Shown here: positions 12,933-25,111 of the stretch, piece after piece | Layout of the letters: the number at the start of each line of letters is the position of its first letter | Numbering within the stretch: position 1 is the first letter of the stretch | Position numbers and translations under genes: made by a program | Source of the DNA: Balanoglossus misakiensis | Lineage: Eukaryota > Animalia > Hemichordata | Reading direction: 5' to 3' | Length of the DNA: 64,000 bases | NCBI GenBank assembly: GCA_040954595.2 | Contig: CM082584.2 | Coordinates: forward strand, 2,263,344 to 2,327,343 | Notes under the pieces: model-generated | Told to the model about the DNA's origin: nothing | What the model saw: the letters and a program-made list of their open reading frames with translations, nothing else | Database searches by the model: none

Positions 12933-13158
12933 CAGTTGTTTTCAGCGTACTATGCAACACGTGTTACGCAATATTATGTGGCAATATGTGCTTTGTTATA
13001 TTGATGATATTATTATATTAAGCAGCTCTTTTGAGGAGCATCTACAACACATTGATACCGTCCAAACCAGGTTACGTCAAGCTGGATTGAAATTAAAACC
13101 CAGCAAATGTCAATTTATGAGAAAGAGTGTTAAATTTTGGGGTCATGTTATCAGTAAG

Positions 13159-15058
13159 CAGTAGGACAACCCTCCAAATTTAGCGACTTGCGTATGCGCA
13201 ACTAATTAGCTACTTAGTGTTTAGCTCCAACGCGCATGTGCGATATGACGTGATTGCCGGAAGCTGAACAAAGGTCACGTCATCTGACCCAGGTTATGTT
13301 ATGGAACATCACATGGCGGTCGACGGTCTATCTTCTGTTGCGTGGATAATCGACCCAGTCTTTAATCCCGGGCAGGATAATGGAGCAACCATCAACGGTA
13401 ATACATTTTCATGATAATTTGAATTGGTCGTAGTGTGTTTAGAACATGCATTGATTGTGTTTTTTGTATTATCTGGAAGAAATGGAGTGCCATCGAAATG
13501 AAATGCCAGTGTGTACATACACTGTGTTCGCGGAACTTTGACATGCGAACACCATACCGTCACTAGGAGCAACTTTTCACACGTTTCTAAGTCCGGTTGA
13601 ATAGCATTACACACAGTTTTCGCCATAGTTATAGCCTGAAATACCTGGGTGTACGTTGATAAACAAAGCATGTGATCAGATAATTACCATGACCATGTCA
13701 GCATCGTCCAGTGAGCAAAGTTGTTTGTCCGCATCATCATATACTAGTATTTGAACATAATAACCTTGTTGACGCTGTTCACATATTTATATTTACACCT
13801 TATTATTTACTGCATGTGTGTCAAGCGCATTAACAACGTCTTTACACTTTTCACCTTCAGTCAAATGAAAAGACACCAGACAGGAATAGTGAAGTGGGGA
13901 ATAAGAAGACTTACGGCAAGAAGAAGTTAAAGATAGAATATTTAGTGAACAGCGACGCCGTCTAAATTATGCTAGCAAACACATTTACATGAGTAGAATC
14001 AATGATGGGGGAAGGGGGCTGATCAAAAATGAATCAAGAGACCATATTTTTTATTAAAAGTTGAAATATTTATTCATGTTTATACACACTTATTTGTTTG
14101 TTTGTTGCCAGGTTTTAAGAAATAAAGATTTAAATATATTCATTTCTGTACATCATGTGTTTGTGTAATTTATTGAGAACAATGGAATTCAGAAAGGGCT
14201 TCATAGTCTCTGTGTAATGTAAATAGCAACTGAACCACACATTACTAACATGAAATGAAACTAGAAATGCAGTTGACAGAAGGCTACCATCATAGTACTG
14301 TTTTAAATCATAACATCTCACTTGAGGAGGTAACCAAAGTTGTTAATCACTCCAAACTTAGGAAAACTGTAGGAAGTGATAAATTACCATATCAGGTTTT
14401 CAAAAATCACGTTGATAACTTGGCCACTAGGACCACGTGTAGTTGGACCTGTTGGGGAAGAAAGAGGCACGGTTCAGAAAGCAACGTCACCTACCCGATC
14501 CTTTCAAAACATTGGAAAACAAGTTCAATTGAAATAGGTACATGCATGTACCTATACCCGTACACGTGAAAACGCGCTTTGACAAATCTAGCACACCGGA
14601 AGTGAGCAAACCATTCGCAAAAACCGTCCTCCATTGTCCCCCATTAGATAATCTGCTGTTTGAAGACATTGTTTCATTCAACATGACTTAAACTAGGTAT
14701 AGAAGGTTCAGATCGATGGTTTTTAAACTGGTACGTTCTATTGCTTGTTATGTCGATTCGAATCATGGCGGGCAAATGGTCACACGGACATCGATTTTCA
14801 TGAAATTCGACTGAATTTTTTTACTTACCCTGTTTACACGACACCATGCTGGAAGGGAGGGTGTGACGTACAAGTTCAAACCGAAATTACCCGAAAGTCG
14901 ATGTACATAACATCAAAAGCAGGCCGATAACATCCAAGAGCGAACTTCGACAAATACTTCCGCATTTCCATGCCAGGGACGTCAGTATATGCAAATACAG
15001 GGTGTGAGCATGCGCAGACATATTGTAGGCAGTCGCTAAATTTGGAGGTGTCCTACTG
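13159..15058. mobile_element. Non-autonomous DNA transposon with CAG termini and a 5-bp TSD (hAT5-like)
   Basis: TIRs cagtaggacaaccctccaaatttagcgact / agtcgctaaatttggaggtgtcctactg; GTAAG duplicated at 13154-13158 and 15059-15063; removing the element restores the RT frame. Confidence 0.85.
14300..14412 (+). pseudogene. Short non-LTR retrotransposon ORF2 remnant inside the DNA element
   Basis: LNHNISLEEVTKVVNHSKLRKTVGSDKLPYQVFKN resembles the pre-RT (domain 0) motif I..EEV..AI..LK..KA.G.D.IP. Confidence 0.6.
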
Positions 15059-15312
15059 GTAAGGATGGAATTGCGGCTGACAAGAGTAAAGTAACAGTTG
15101 TTAAAGAATATCCCCGTCCTCATACTGTCACACAGTTGAAATAATTTTTGGGTTGGCCCAATTATTTTAGAAAGTTTATAAAGAATTTCTCGATCATTGC
15201 TAGGCCTATACATAAATTGTTGGGAAAGGACACGAAATTTGAATGAGATGATAGATGCGAACATGCATTCGAGAAATTAAAACATGTTCTGTGTCAAGCA
15301 CCAATTCTAGGG

Positions 15313-15525
15313 TATCATTTTCATAATTTGTGGTTTCTGGGACACCGTTTTCTTCACACGACTCATCAGATGAGGATGAGTCAAAGTCGGAGTGGTGCAA
15401 ATAAGCTCTTTTTAGTCTATTCACATGTATGACTTTGCGATAATTCCTGGTGCTATATATGAAACGTAACTTGTAATTAACAGGACCCACCTTCACAGAA
15501 ATAATGTAAGGACCTGTCCATGGGA
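15313..15525 (-). pseudogene. Inverted Gypsy integrase C-terminal (GPY/F) fragment
   Basis: WTGPYIISVKVGPVNYKLRF...IHVNRLKRAY, homologous to ~17543-17715. Confidence 0.85.
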
Positions 15526-16390
15526 CTATTTCGCAACCCCTGGGCAAGTCTCCTGTATTGATATAAACCTTGATGTGTGACAAAGGCTGTTTTTGGTGTA
15601 CTCTCTTCATCTAATTCCAATTGAAAAAATCCTGACTGTAAGTCTAGCGTCGAAAAATACTGAGGCTTATTCTTGCCTAACATTTCAAGATATTCGTCCG
15701 TTCTGGGTAAGGGAAACGAATCAGGCACTGTAATATTTTTTAAATGACGGAAATCTGTGCAAAAACGCCACGAACCATCAGGCTTTTTGACTAAAATTAT
15801 TGGACTAGCAATCGGTGAAGTAGACGACTCGATAATATTTAGTTCTAACAGCTGATCAACTTGTCGCTCAAGTTCACGTCTTTTCTCAAGCGTTACTCGG
15901 TAAGGTCGACGGAACGGGGCAGCGCCCTCTTGTAATCGTATTCTATGTTTGATTACATCACAGTTACCTAAACGACCACTAGACTCAACAAAAGCTTCTA
16001 TATTGTGCAGTAAAACATCTCTAAGCTGTTTACGCTGAGCCTTAGTTATCTCTAATTCATTAAGCTTCAATTGACCCATCAAATAATCCGTCTCTTTCTG
16101 TGTATGGGGCCCTTCAGGTGAGACACAATTAATGGCATTATTATCGAGTGGGATTATTCGACTATTACAGGGCAAGGGCGAAAACTTTCCAACAACACTG
16201 TTTTTCTTAATTTTGACCACTGTATCCAAAGTGTTTACAACTCGCATGGGAAGAAAATTCTTATTCGAATAGGCCAACACCTTAGCTGCCAAAATAGCCG
16301 GCGTTAATCGTGTTCGTTTATCAGAAATAAAATCTAAAACTCCAGTAAAATATTTATACGGCACTTTCACTGGAATAACCATTTCACTTC
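15526..16390 (-). pseudogene. Inverted Gypsy pol fragment: pre-RT linker and RT N-terminal half
   Basis: ORF 15477..16382: IIESSTSPIASPIILVKKPDGSWRFCTDFRHLK...FPLPRTD...FSTLDLQSGFFQL...KTAFVTHQGLYQYRRLAQGLRNSP. Confidence 0.92.
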
Positions 16391-16392
16391 CA

Positions 16393-16545
16393 GGTGATCC
16401 ATGGAGACACGTACCTGATCCACGTTCATTTATTATCCATAATTATTATAGTACATCAAATACGCCCAGTAAAGTACATGAGGAAGGGAACGAACTCAAT
16501 AGCCTGAGGTACTCCCATCTCCCGTTAGATTATTCTCTTCCATCT
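16393..16545 (-). repeat. Inverted fragment of the Gypsy LTR
   Basis: Reverse complement aligns to ~18915-19066 (e.g. aataaatgaacgtg..tcag.tacgtgtctcc.tggatcac and ataatctaacgggagatg). Confidence 0.85.
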
Positions 16546-16589
16546 TTGGAAACAAGGGGAAATCAGCTGGTTAATTAGATTGTGTTAGA

Positions 16590-18078
16590 CAGGTTGTGAT
16601 AACTAAGTCCTCAAGAAATTATGTGCTGCGGTGGGCTCATGATTGTGTTTTAGCGGGACATTTAGGATACACTAAAACGTTGGGAGTTTTAAGACAGAGG
16701 TATTTTTGGGAAAGGATGCCCCGGGATGTTGACATGTACGTAAAGACATGCGCACATTGTCACACACGAAAGAGAGCCACACCCCCTACTCATGCTAAGT
16801 TGTTACCTATTCCAGTATCAGGACCCTGGGACCGACTGGGTATGGATATTGTGGGACCCCTCCCTAGAACTTATGATGGCCATAAATACATCTTAGTACT
16901 TACTCATTACTTTACTAAGTTTCCAGTAGCATATCCATTACGTAATGCACGAGCTGACAGTTGCTAAGATCTTGTTTGATGAAGTAATTGCTACTTATGG
17001 AAGCCCCAGAGTTTTGCTGAGTAATGAGGGATCGAATTTTTTTATCCCAGGTAGTTCACGAAACTTGCAAATATTTCAACATCCAGAGTAAAGTTTCTAC
17101 CCCTTATCGTCCACAGACCAATGGCCTTACAGAACGTTTCAATGGTTGCCTAGTCGACATGCTGTCCATGTTTGTTGATAGTAAACAGAAAGATTGGGAT
17201 CGGTACCTAAGTTCAGTGCTTTTCGCGTATAGAGTTAGTCCTCAAGAGTCCAGTGGGTTCATCCCGTATTATGTGTTATAAGGTCGGCATCCCACATTGC
17301 CCATGGATGTTGAATTCCAGCCAGTTGAGGGGAGGACAAGAAATATAGATACACACCTTAAACATTTAGCTGCTAAGAGGGAGATAGCTCATAAAATCGC
17401 CAAAGAGAATATAGGTCGACAGAATATGAAGGACCGTTATGATCAAAATATCCAACGGTCACAAAATCTTAAAGTGGGGGATCCTGTATATTTATACACA
17501 CCTGATGTTAAACCAGGAGTTAATAAGAAATTCGTACATAAGTGGACAGGTCCTAACATTATTTCTGAGAAGGCGGGTCCTGTTAATTACAAGTTACGTT
17601 TCATCAATAGCACCAGGAATTATCGTAAAGGCATACATGTGAATAGGCTAAAAAGAGCTTATTTGCGCCCCTCAGAGTTTGACTCATCCTCACCAGATAC
17701 CAAAAATTATGAAAATGGGACCGAAATATGTCAAAGTCCTAAAGCAGACATAAATGAATCAGAGAATGGTTCTGATCAAATTGAGGGATTGGAATTGAGA
17801 GATTTGTCGTCAAGGACAAATCCCAGTGCTATCGATGAAACTAATAACAATTGAAATTGTCAGAACAAAGCTTCTGAGCCATTTACGAAATAGAAAATGT
17901 GTTGAAGGGTCGACATAGAAATGGGAAATTACAGTATTTGGTTAAGTGGAAGAATAATTCAACCAAACATAATACGTGGGAGGATGAAGACAATTTGAAT
18001 GAAATTGCAAAAGAGTATTTGATGAGAAATCCTGTAAAGATAAAGGGGAAACGGGTTATAGCACACTTGCACATTTAA
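16590..18078 (+). pseudogene. Gypsy integrase (HHCC, DDE core, GPY/F) with C-terminal chromodomain; frameshifted
   Basis: AHD..LAGHLG...CAHC zinc motif and the core motifs; 17881-18078 reads IYEIENVLKGRHRNGKLQYLVKWKNNSTKHNTWEDEDNL (chromodomain). Confidence 0.9.
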
Positions 18079-18593
18079 ATCTATGGACAGAGAAATATGC
18101 GCGTAACAAAAAAACACGGAAAATGGAGACACGTGGTTGACTGAAATGAGAGTTTGAACGCGACTGAGAGGTATGAGTGTTGGCCAGTCTGTATGAGTGA
18201 GAATACGATTGGCGTGTCCCTTGATTCGTTTAAATGTTACGCAAGTTGTCGAATGACATTTTTTATCCGTTGTTTGCTGAGTTTAGTTGTATGTGCTATG
18301 CAACCTGGTTCCCGTGTCACTCTGTTTAAATGTGTTGATGTATTTAAGTTATAAAGAAATTACCAGTGAAGTTTGAAGTTGCATAGATTTTAACACTGGA
18401 GAAAAATGTTTTGAGTTGAATTTTTCGTTCGTTTGATGACCTAAATAGTTGGCCCAGTTTGTGTAAATAGTCCCTTGTAATGGCTATGTGTTTGTATAAA
18501 GAAACCACAGAGATAACCGATTTAGCAAGTTGTATTTTATTGCATTATCTTCTTAATTAAGAAACTTGTGTCCAATGCGGGACGCATTGCTTT

Positions 18594-19100
18594 AAAACAA
18601 GGGGAGTGTTATGATCTGTACAAAGGTCAAATATGATTTTAAGGGTCAATTATACTTAAAGCTCGGGAATGTCAATGTTTGATAGTATTTTTATTTTATG
18701 TATTTGAAGTAGATAGGGGGAGCTGGTGTTTAATTGACTGCTCTGAGTGTCAATCATCATCGAACTGACTTTATTATATAACGCTCTATGTAATTTGGTA
18801 CGTATATAGTTGAATTGATGCCTAATGAAATTGTAACACATTGTATTTGTGATATTTGACATGATTAACCACGCCTTGAGAAAAGTAATTATAAGAGAAC
18901 TTTGTTTGCAAAGTTGGGGGAGGAGAATAATCTAACGGGAGATGTATGTACCTCAGGCTACTGAGCTCGTTTCCTTCCTCACATACTTAACTGGACATAT
19001 TTGATGTACTGGAGTAATTCTCGACAATAAATGAACGTGAATCAGATACGTGTCTCCGTGGATCACTGTTCTCGTCACAGGCCGTTACCTCATCGCTACA
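18594..19100 (+). mobile_element. Polypurine tract (18594-18606) and 3' LTR (18607-19100) of the Gypsy element
   Basis: aaaacaaggggag followed directly by TGttatga; ends tcgctaCA; AATAAA at ~19026; LINE-like sequence follows. Confidence 0.75.
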
Positions 19101-19139
19101 ATGTCCCTGATGTATGAACTACAATAATATTCCAGCGGT

Positions 19140-20120
19140 AGTACGACTCTGAAAAGTATGCACTACTGATCTTACTTGACCTCTCCGCCGCATTCGATTC
19201 CATTGATCACGGGATACTTATTCGTAGACTATCGAACCTTGGCATTACAGACACAGTATTAACATGGTTTAACATCTTACATTCAAAATAGATACCAAAC
19301 TGTAATCATCGAAAACACTGCAAGTTCACATTCACCTATCGTATTGGGCCTACGCGGCTCTGTCCTTGGCCCTCTGTTCTTCGCCATTTATATAGCCCCA
19401 CTTTGTAAACTGAATCGTCACCACAACCACAATTTCATCAGTACGCCGATGATAAACTACTATACCTTGCTTTTTCTCCGCAAGATCCACCCTCTATCGT
19501 CCAATCTCTGGAGATCTGCATCGAAGGCATGGATGACACTGAATAAACTACAGCTAAACAAAACCGAAGTCGTTGATATTCGCTCATCTTCTTGATCCTA
19601 TTCCATCCTCCAACATGGGCTCTGCATCCATCTCTCTGGTAACAGCAACGTGTAATCTGGGAGCTGTCTTTGATAGTATCCATATTTATAACCAGCCCAT
19701 CAAGAATACATGTATGTCCACGTTTTTTTTATCGTCGACACATCGGATCAATACGAAAGTACCTATCTTCTAAGGATTGAATTCGTGTAGTTCTTTCCAC
19801 CAAACTTGAATACTTCAATTCGTTACTGTTTGGTCTTCCTCAATCTGCAGTAAATCTACTTCAGTGATTACAAAACACAGCAGCAAATATCATCACCCGG
19901 TCGAAGAAGTTTGAACACATCACTCTTGCCCTCATCACTCTGGATGGGCTACCAGTTTGTGCCAGGATTGATTACAAGATATTGCTTCTTAAATACAATG
20001 CCATTCATGGCCTTACCCTGGAGTACATCAATGCCATTCATGGCCTTACCCTGGAGTACATTTCTAACATGGTTAATCGATTTACCCCTTCACACAACTT
20101 ATAGTGTCTGTGTTATGCCC
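19140..20120 (+). pseudogene. Decayed L2/CR1-type LINE reverse transcriptase
   Basis: [34 protein letters not shown], a YADD-like segment (cagtacgccgatgat), WMTLNKLQLNKTE, LQNTAANII; many frameshifts; 33-bp tandem duplication near 19995-20061. Confidence 0.85.
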
Positions 20121-21514
20121 TTACACACAACACGCATAATCACTCTTTTGTGGTGCAGTTGAAGTTTGTTGCCGTCTAGAATCTCATATGAGGTAATATG
20201 CTTTAATATTTTCAAGCAAAAGTGCAGGGTGGCCGTGTAATCCAAATCCAGCCCAGTCGACTTTTTTTCGCCTTTCCGAACTTCAAGTTAGAATCGCTCG
20301 GTGATTTTTCCCGCCAAATATGCTAATTTTCACCTGAGAGGTCTTATATCCGCAACCAAATACCCTCGCTAGCCGTTTATAACCTCTAAACGATGCCCAA
20401 ACCATACCATACCATATTACCGTGTTTCATGTATAGTCAACTTTCCAGAAGATTGTTTTGACAGCGGAAGATAATTAGGGGTTATTACACTAAATTTGGT
20501 CGATAACGCGTCGTATTCGAGTGATGTCCGTTGCTTTGCACGATATACGGACATCACTCGCGTTATCGACCAAAATTCGTGTAATAACCCCTTTATCATA
20601 CATGCCTACCTATAAAACAATACAATTTGCGAAAATGCGTCGAGAAAAACAATTTCACGGCCAGAAATTTGAACCGGGCGCCCTTGGATAACGGCAGCCA
20701 CCCATAGCCAAGTGAGACAGGGCGATGCGATCAGGTGATCAACGTGTAGGCCGTAGTATTATTCTCAGGGGGCTGGCAGCTTTCATTACGATGGGCACAT
20801 CTGCATTCTAAATACAATTGGCTACGTTCTCTTTCAAAATATCATGTTAACGATTATTTCGCATTGAGAATTCCGAAGAAGTAAATGTGATACATTCAAC
20901 ATGACAAAAAACTCCAGCTTTGAAAACTTTATTACAGCTTCTAATAACCCAATTTTACAACATCCCTCTCCACTAAAGTCCTATGCCCCGTACGTCGCTC
21001 GCGCGCGCAGCGAACTATCACGCCGATCACCTAGTCAACGCTGTGTGATGATTTCAGCGCATTCTCCTAAATAGTTCAAGACGGGGTATATCACTGAGTG
21101 AAATACCTACCGTATAATACAGTCGCATCGATGACCCATATTAGGAGTTGCTTATTAGCATAAAAATTAACATATCGTTAATATGTAGAACGCGATCTGA
21201 CAAATGACTTCTTTGGAAATACGTCTTTTCCCGCTCTTTGGTATGAAAATTACGACCTTTTTATTCAAATGTAATTTTGGGGTGAAATACGCTGGGGATA
21301 TCCCGTCAATTAAAAACACGAAAGTACGAGTCAAACTTGCTTCCGGGTCAATAAGAAAACATTTCACCAGTGCTTTTTAAAAATAATAAATTTTGATTTC
21401 GGCGCCTACACTATTTTTGACGACAGCGACACAACAAGCCCCGCACAACCGAAAAAGCAGGCGAGCGAACACCATCACCAGGTCATCGTGTCACAATACT
21501 ATACTCTTCAGAGA

Positions 21515-21645
21515 ATGCCTTCACTCATCGTACACCAAGTACTGGCAGTGGCGATGCACCACTATAAAGGTGCACTTACTGTCGGTGCTGGGTATCGCCT
21601 TCTGCGGGAGAAATCCAACCCATACGATCAGAACGCCGTCAAACC
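21515..21645 (+). pseudogene. N-terminal part of a HIRAN-like domain
   Basis: MPSLIVHQVLAVAMHHYKGALTVGAGYRLLREKSNPYDQNAV matches HIRAN L.RE..N.YD.NAV; ATG follows the acceptor-like ctcttcag; similarity is lost afterwards. Confidence 0.55.
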
Positions 21646-22000
21646 TCAAGTGACATTTGGCTTATGCTCTTGGACAAAGTTTCATGTACTTCGTCATGAT
21701 GAGTCAGGAGTTTTTAAACCGTTATTTTCGATCAAGGTAGGGAATAATTGGTATTTGTGTATGGATTAATTATTGATCTAGAAGCATCGGGGGAATCGGC
21801 CAGATAACCTGACAGTAAAACGGTGAAATCAAATGAAAATTCTGCAACTTGAACCGCCGGTGATGTTTACGTCGAAGCGCTTTATATTGTGGTAGGTTTA
21901 CAAATTATATCCCGGACATCTGTCATATACACATGGTGTTATTTATGTTATACAGTTTCTTCAGTCACCGAGTATAGTTAATTTGTCTTAACTCATATTT

Positions 22001-22219
22001 CAGTGTTTCATTTAGGATGGCATAAACAGGGGGGATACGTCCCCCATTGCCAGAATATTTAGGGGGGTTTCCACTCTCCAAGGCAGACTGTAATATCTCC
22101 AACATGTACACAGCATCATTTTAAGGGGCATTGCCCCCCCCCCCCCCCATGACAAGTTCCTAAGGGGTGCTATCATGTCAACAAGGGGGTGAATCCCCCT
22201 CCCCCTAGATGAAACACTG
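22001..22219. mobile_element. Short MITE with CAG termini (hAT-like)
   Basis: cagtgtttcatttagg ... cctagatgaaacactg; flanks atattt/atgttt give only an imperfect 6-bp match. Confidence 0.65.
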
Positions 22220-24520
22220 ATGTTTCTACTGCCAAGAAATTAAAATTACATTGCATGATGTTGCCACTTTTGTAATTTGTTTTATTGAAATGACTGTATT
22301 TTTGAAAAAAATTAATTGTATAAATGCATAATTTTGTAAACTTCCAATTGTCAAAAAGCTAAAATAAAAATGGCATGAAATTGAAATAAATGACTCCTCA
22401 CAACTGACCACTATTTGAGATTATCAAATTTTTATTACAAAGAACTACAAAATTCATATAAAATTACATTCAATTCATGATTATTATAACAATGCACAAA
22501 ACTCTCTCTCAACTTTATCAACCCCGAACCCACACAATCCAACCCCATACCCATTAACAAATCAACTCCCATAATTTATAAATAATGATAAAAGAAAATA
22601 ACACTGGAATCCAATTTGGCGAAAGAAATGATTGCTGTATTTAAATAATATATGAAACCAAGTTTATTATAAAAAAAAATTAAATGACACTCAATATTTT
22701 GCCAACAAAAATTAATCGTAAAAGAATAAATAAACCTAAAAGATAATAAAAATGTAATTAAAGCATAAAATAAAAGTAAAACATTGCACCTGAAGTGTTA
22801 GTTGAATAGGTTTCTAAATAGGAAAAAAAAATGTGTCATGATTTTAAACAAATGAAATTCGGAAATGATCATAATTTGAATTTTTATCACATGATTGGCT
22901 GATATAATGTTTCAATGTTGGGTTATAATATAAAACGTAATTCATTTGTTTCATTCCTATTTAGAAACCTTCAAATAATTTTTCAATAAAAATATAATTA
23001 AAAAAATATATAAATTCTGTTGATTAGAATATAGAAAATCAATAATCTCCTCAGCTGGTCAGCAAGTACAGTGGCAGTAGTTTTCAGTGACAGCTGCTCC
23101 TCAAGAGGACTAAACATAATTGAAAAAAAGATACACACAAAAACGAGATTAAATCATGGAAAGTAAAAAAAAAAGAATAGAGATACATGGTAAACTAATA
23201 GATAAACTGTGAAATATGACCAAAAAAAGATTTTTTTTTATAAATCAATAAAATCTGTAGCCACTGTAATTCAATTGTGTACTGTGCAGTGTATTTCTGT
23301 TTTGCCAATACTGTGTTTTGTGCACAGTTAATATGATAGACAAGGGGAATGGGTGTTTGAATTTGAAATACACTAATAATTTTACTGTTGCATTTCAAAT
23401 TCAAAGACTTCTGTAATAGCCCCTTATAAATCATGCACACTGTGCAGTAATTCCAGGAGCTTGGATTTGTTTGTTGCCCGTCGTAGTTGTGTATGCAGTG
23501 ATGTTCTGTATGTTAACGGTAGTGTCTGAATTATGTCGTTGCATTCGTGTCGAAGTGTGGCATTTGTTTTTTTTTCTTCTCTTTCAATTTCTGCTCTTTC
23601 TTTTTCTGTAACAAGTAGTATTTTTTTGCCAGTGCCTGGAGACTTACCTTGGCAGATGATACTTACCAGGGAACGTCTTTTTTCTTCGGCATTGATGTTA
23701 TAATTGCCAATGTGTCTATCCATAGCATCTCCTGAGATGGTAATAGGAGACCGACCATCCTGATACTTGACATAAGATGTCTGTCTCAGTCGTCCCCTGA
23801 AACCCGTCAAGTCGTTAGAGTAGCCTGGGCGGCTACGTTCCAACGACTCGGGGTTTACAAGGCTAACGACTGAGAAGACTATCTTTCTCAGACTGGCCAG
23901 GGCATCATGCCTGCTACAGATGACAACCCACTTACCTGAATCGGGCACTGGAGGAGCTCAGGCCTTGTTGTTTTAGTCGTACTCCTCCAGGACGGCGTCC
24001 GCACCTTGATGGGCATCAGGCCTACCAGATCGTGAAATGGCCTCGTACTTCTCCAGAGTTTGGAGAAGTATTGGTGGATACCGGGCACGGTCGGTCACGT
24101 CATAGACATCAATCATTTGGTAAGTGGGGTGATTCCGACCGTGCCACAGGGTGCGAAGGAGATGTCGTCAAGCCCGTAGGTAAGTGGGTGAATTGAAGCT
24201 CGTGCCCTATCGAAAGAGGAAAATTCCTTGTAAATGTTGTAGAAGAATATTGTAAATGAAATTCATGTGAGAGTCTGTCACTGCTGCTGCATTCAACCAG
24301 CCAAAAAACAAACTGGTGGATGCATCAGCAGTGGGATTACTCACATCATGCACATGAAATTCCTGTAGCAATTCGCTCCACAGACAATCTATGAATTTGC
24401 AAAGAAGGTCAAATGAAATGTGATGATCAGAACACTTCTTCACACATTCTAGAGATCTGCCTCAGGAGAATCCCTGAGATATAGCAAAGTCCCTGTAAAT
24501 CCCAATACATAGAAACAAAT

Positions 24521-24893
24521 ACACGGGTTTCATAAGTCTAGCGCCCTCTTGTGGCTATCATGAATTTGACCTCAAAGCGAGGCCACTGGGTGTACGCCCC
24601 TGATGAGTTGATGACAGCTCATAAACACAGGCTCAGCGGTTTGTTGACGGAAGTGGCGACGCCGATAAAACTTTTCAAGGTAAGAATTTCTCGAATTCGC
24701 AGCTGTATTTTTGTTTTCAGTCATATTTTAAGCACCTTCTTGTTTAGCTTCTGAGATATTATAGCAAAAAAAGTGTGAATTTTTGCGATCTCAAATTTTT
24801 TTTTTGGAGCGACCGATATAGCGCACGGTTAGCTGGAAAGCCGGCATTCTGGTCAAAGGCACGTATCGATCGATCGACTCAGCGAAAAAAAAT
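24521..24893 (+). repeat. Left TIR of the ISL2EU element
   Basis: Reverse complement of 29266-29643; mirrored ORFs 24551..24754(+) and 29410..29613(-) differ at one residue. Confidence 0.92.
24640..24686 (+). promoter_or_regulatory. Putative TIR-borne promoter/leader exon: ETS-like cggaagtg and splice donor AAG|GTAAG (mirrored at ~29478-29524 on the minus strand)
   Basis: gacggaagtggcgacgccgataaaacttttcaag|gtaagaa with donor at 24680 (+) and 29484 (-); matching acceptors lie just before both ATGs. Confidence 0.55.
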
Positions 24894-25111
24894 CAAAGTT
24901 TACTTTCAGTTTTTGTTACCTTAATTATGATCGAGCCCATAGCCGAACTGCTAAGGGGTGTTATTCACCGAAACTTTATGAATGAGAGCTTTTAAAAGTT
25001 TTAGTTTTATTGCAGACCTTCTGCAGCCTATATTCCTCTTGCATTTGTATTCATGTTCAATGCTTCACAGAGTAAAAAAAATGTAATTGACATGCTGGAT
25101 TTTTACACAGA

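Larger units (their letters stand above)
12933..15312 (+). pseudogene. Ty3/Gypsy reverse transcriptase C-terminal half, split by the insertion at 13159-15058
   Basis: FQRTMQHVL...CYIDDIII...LKLKPSKCQF...GHVISK resumes after the insertion as DGIAADKSKV...NYFRKFIKNFSIIARPIHKLL...APILGY, with stops. Confidence 0.9.

Noticed and set aside
13159-15058. Transib/ProtoRAG or Polinton assignment
   Set aside because: Termini are CAG, not CAC; reading them as AG-ended removes the TSD; there is no matching coding content.
24551-24754. Twin 67-aa ORFs at 24551(+) and 29613(-)
   Set aside because: They mirror each other only because they lie in the TIRs; they start with GTG and show no homology.
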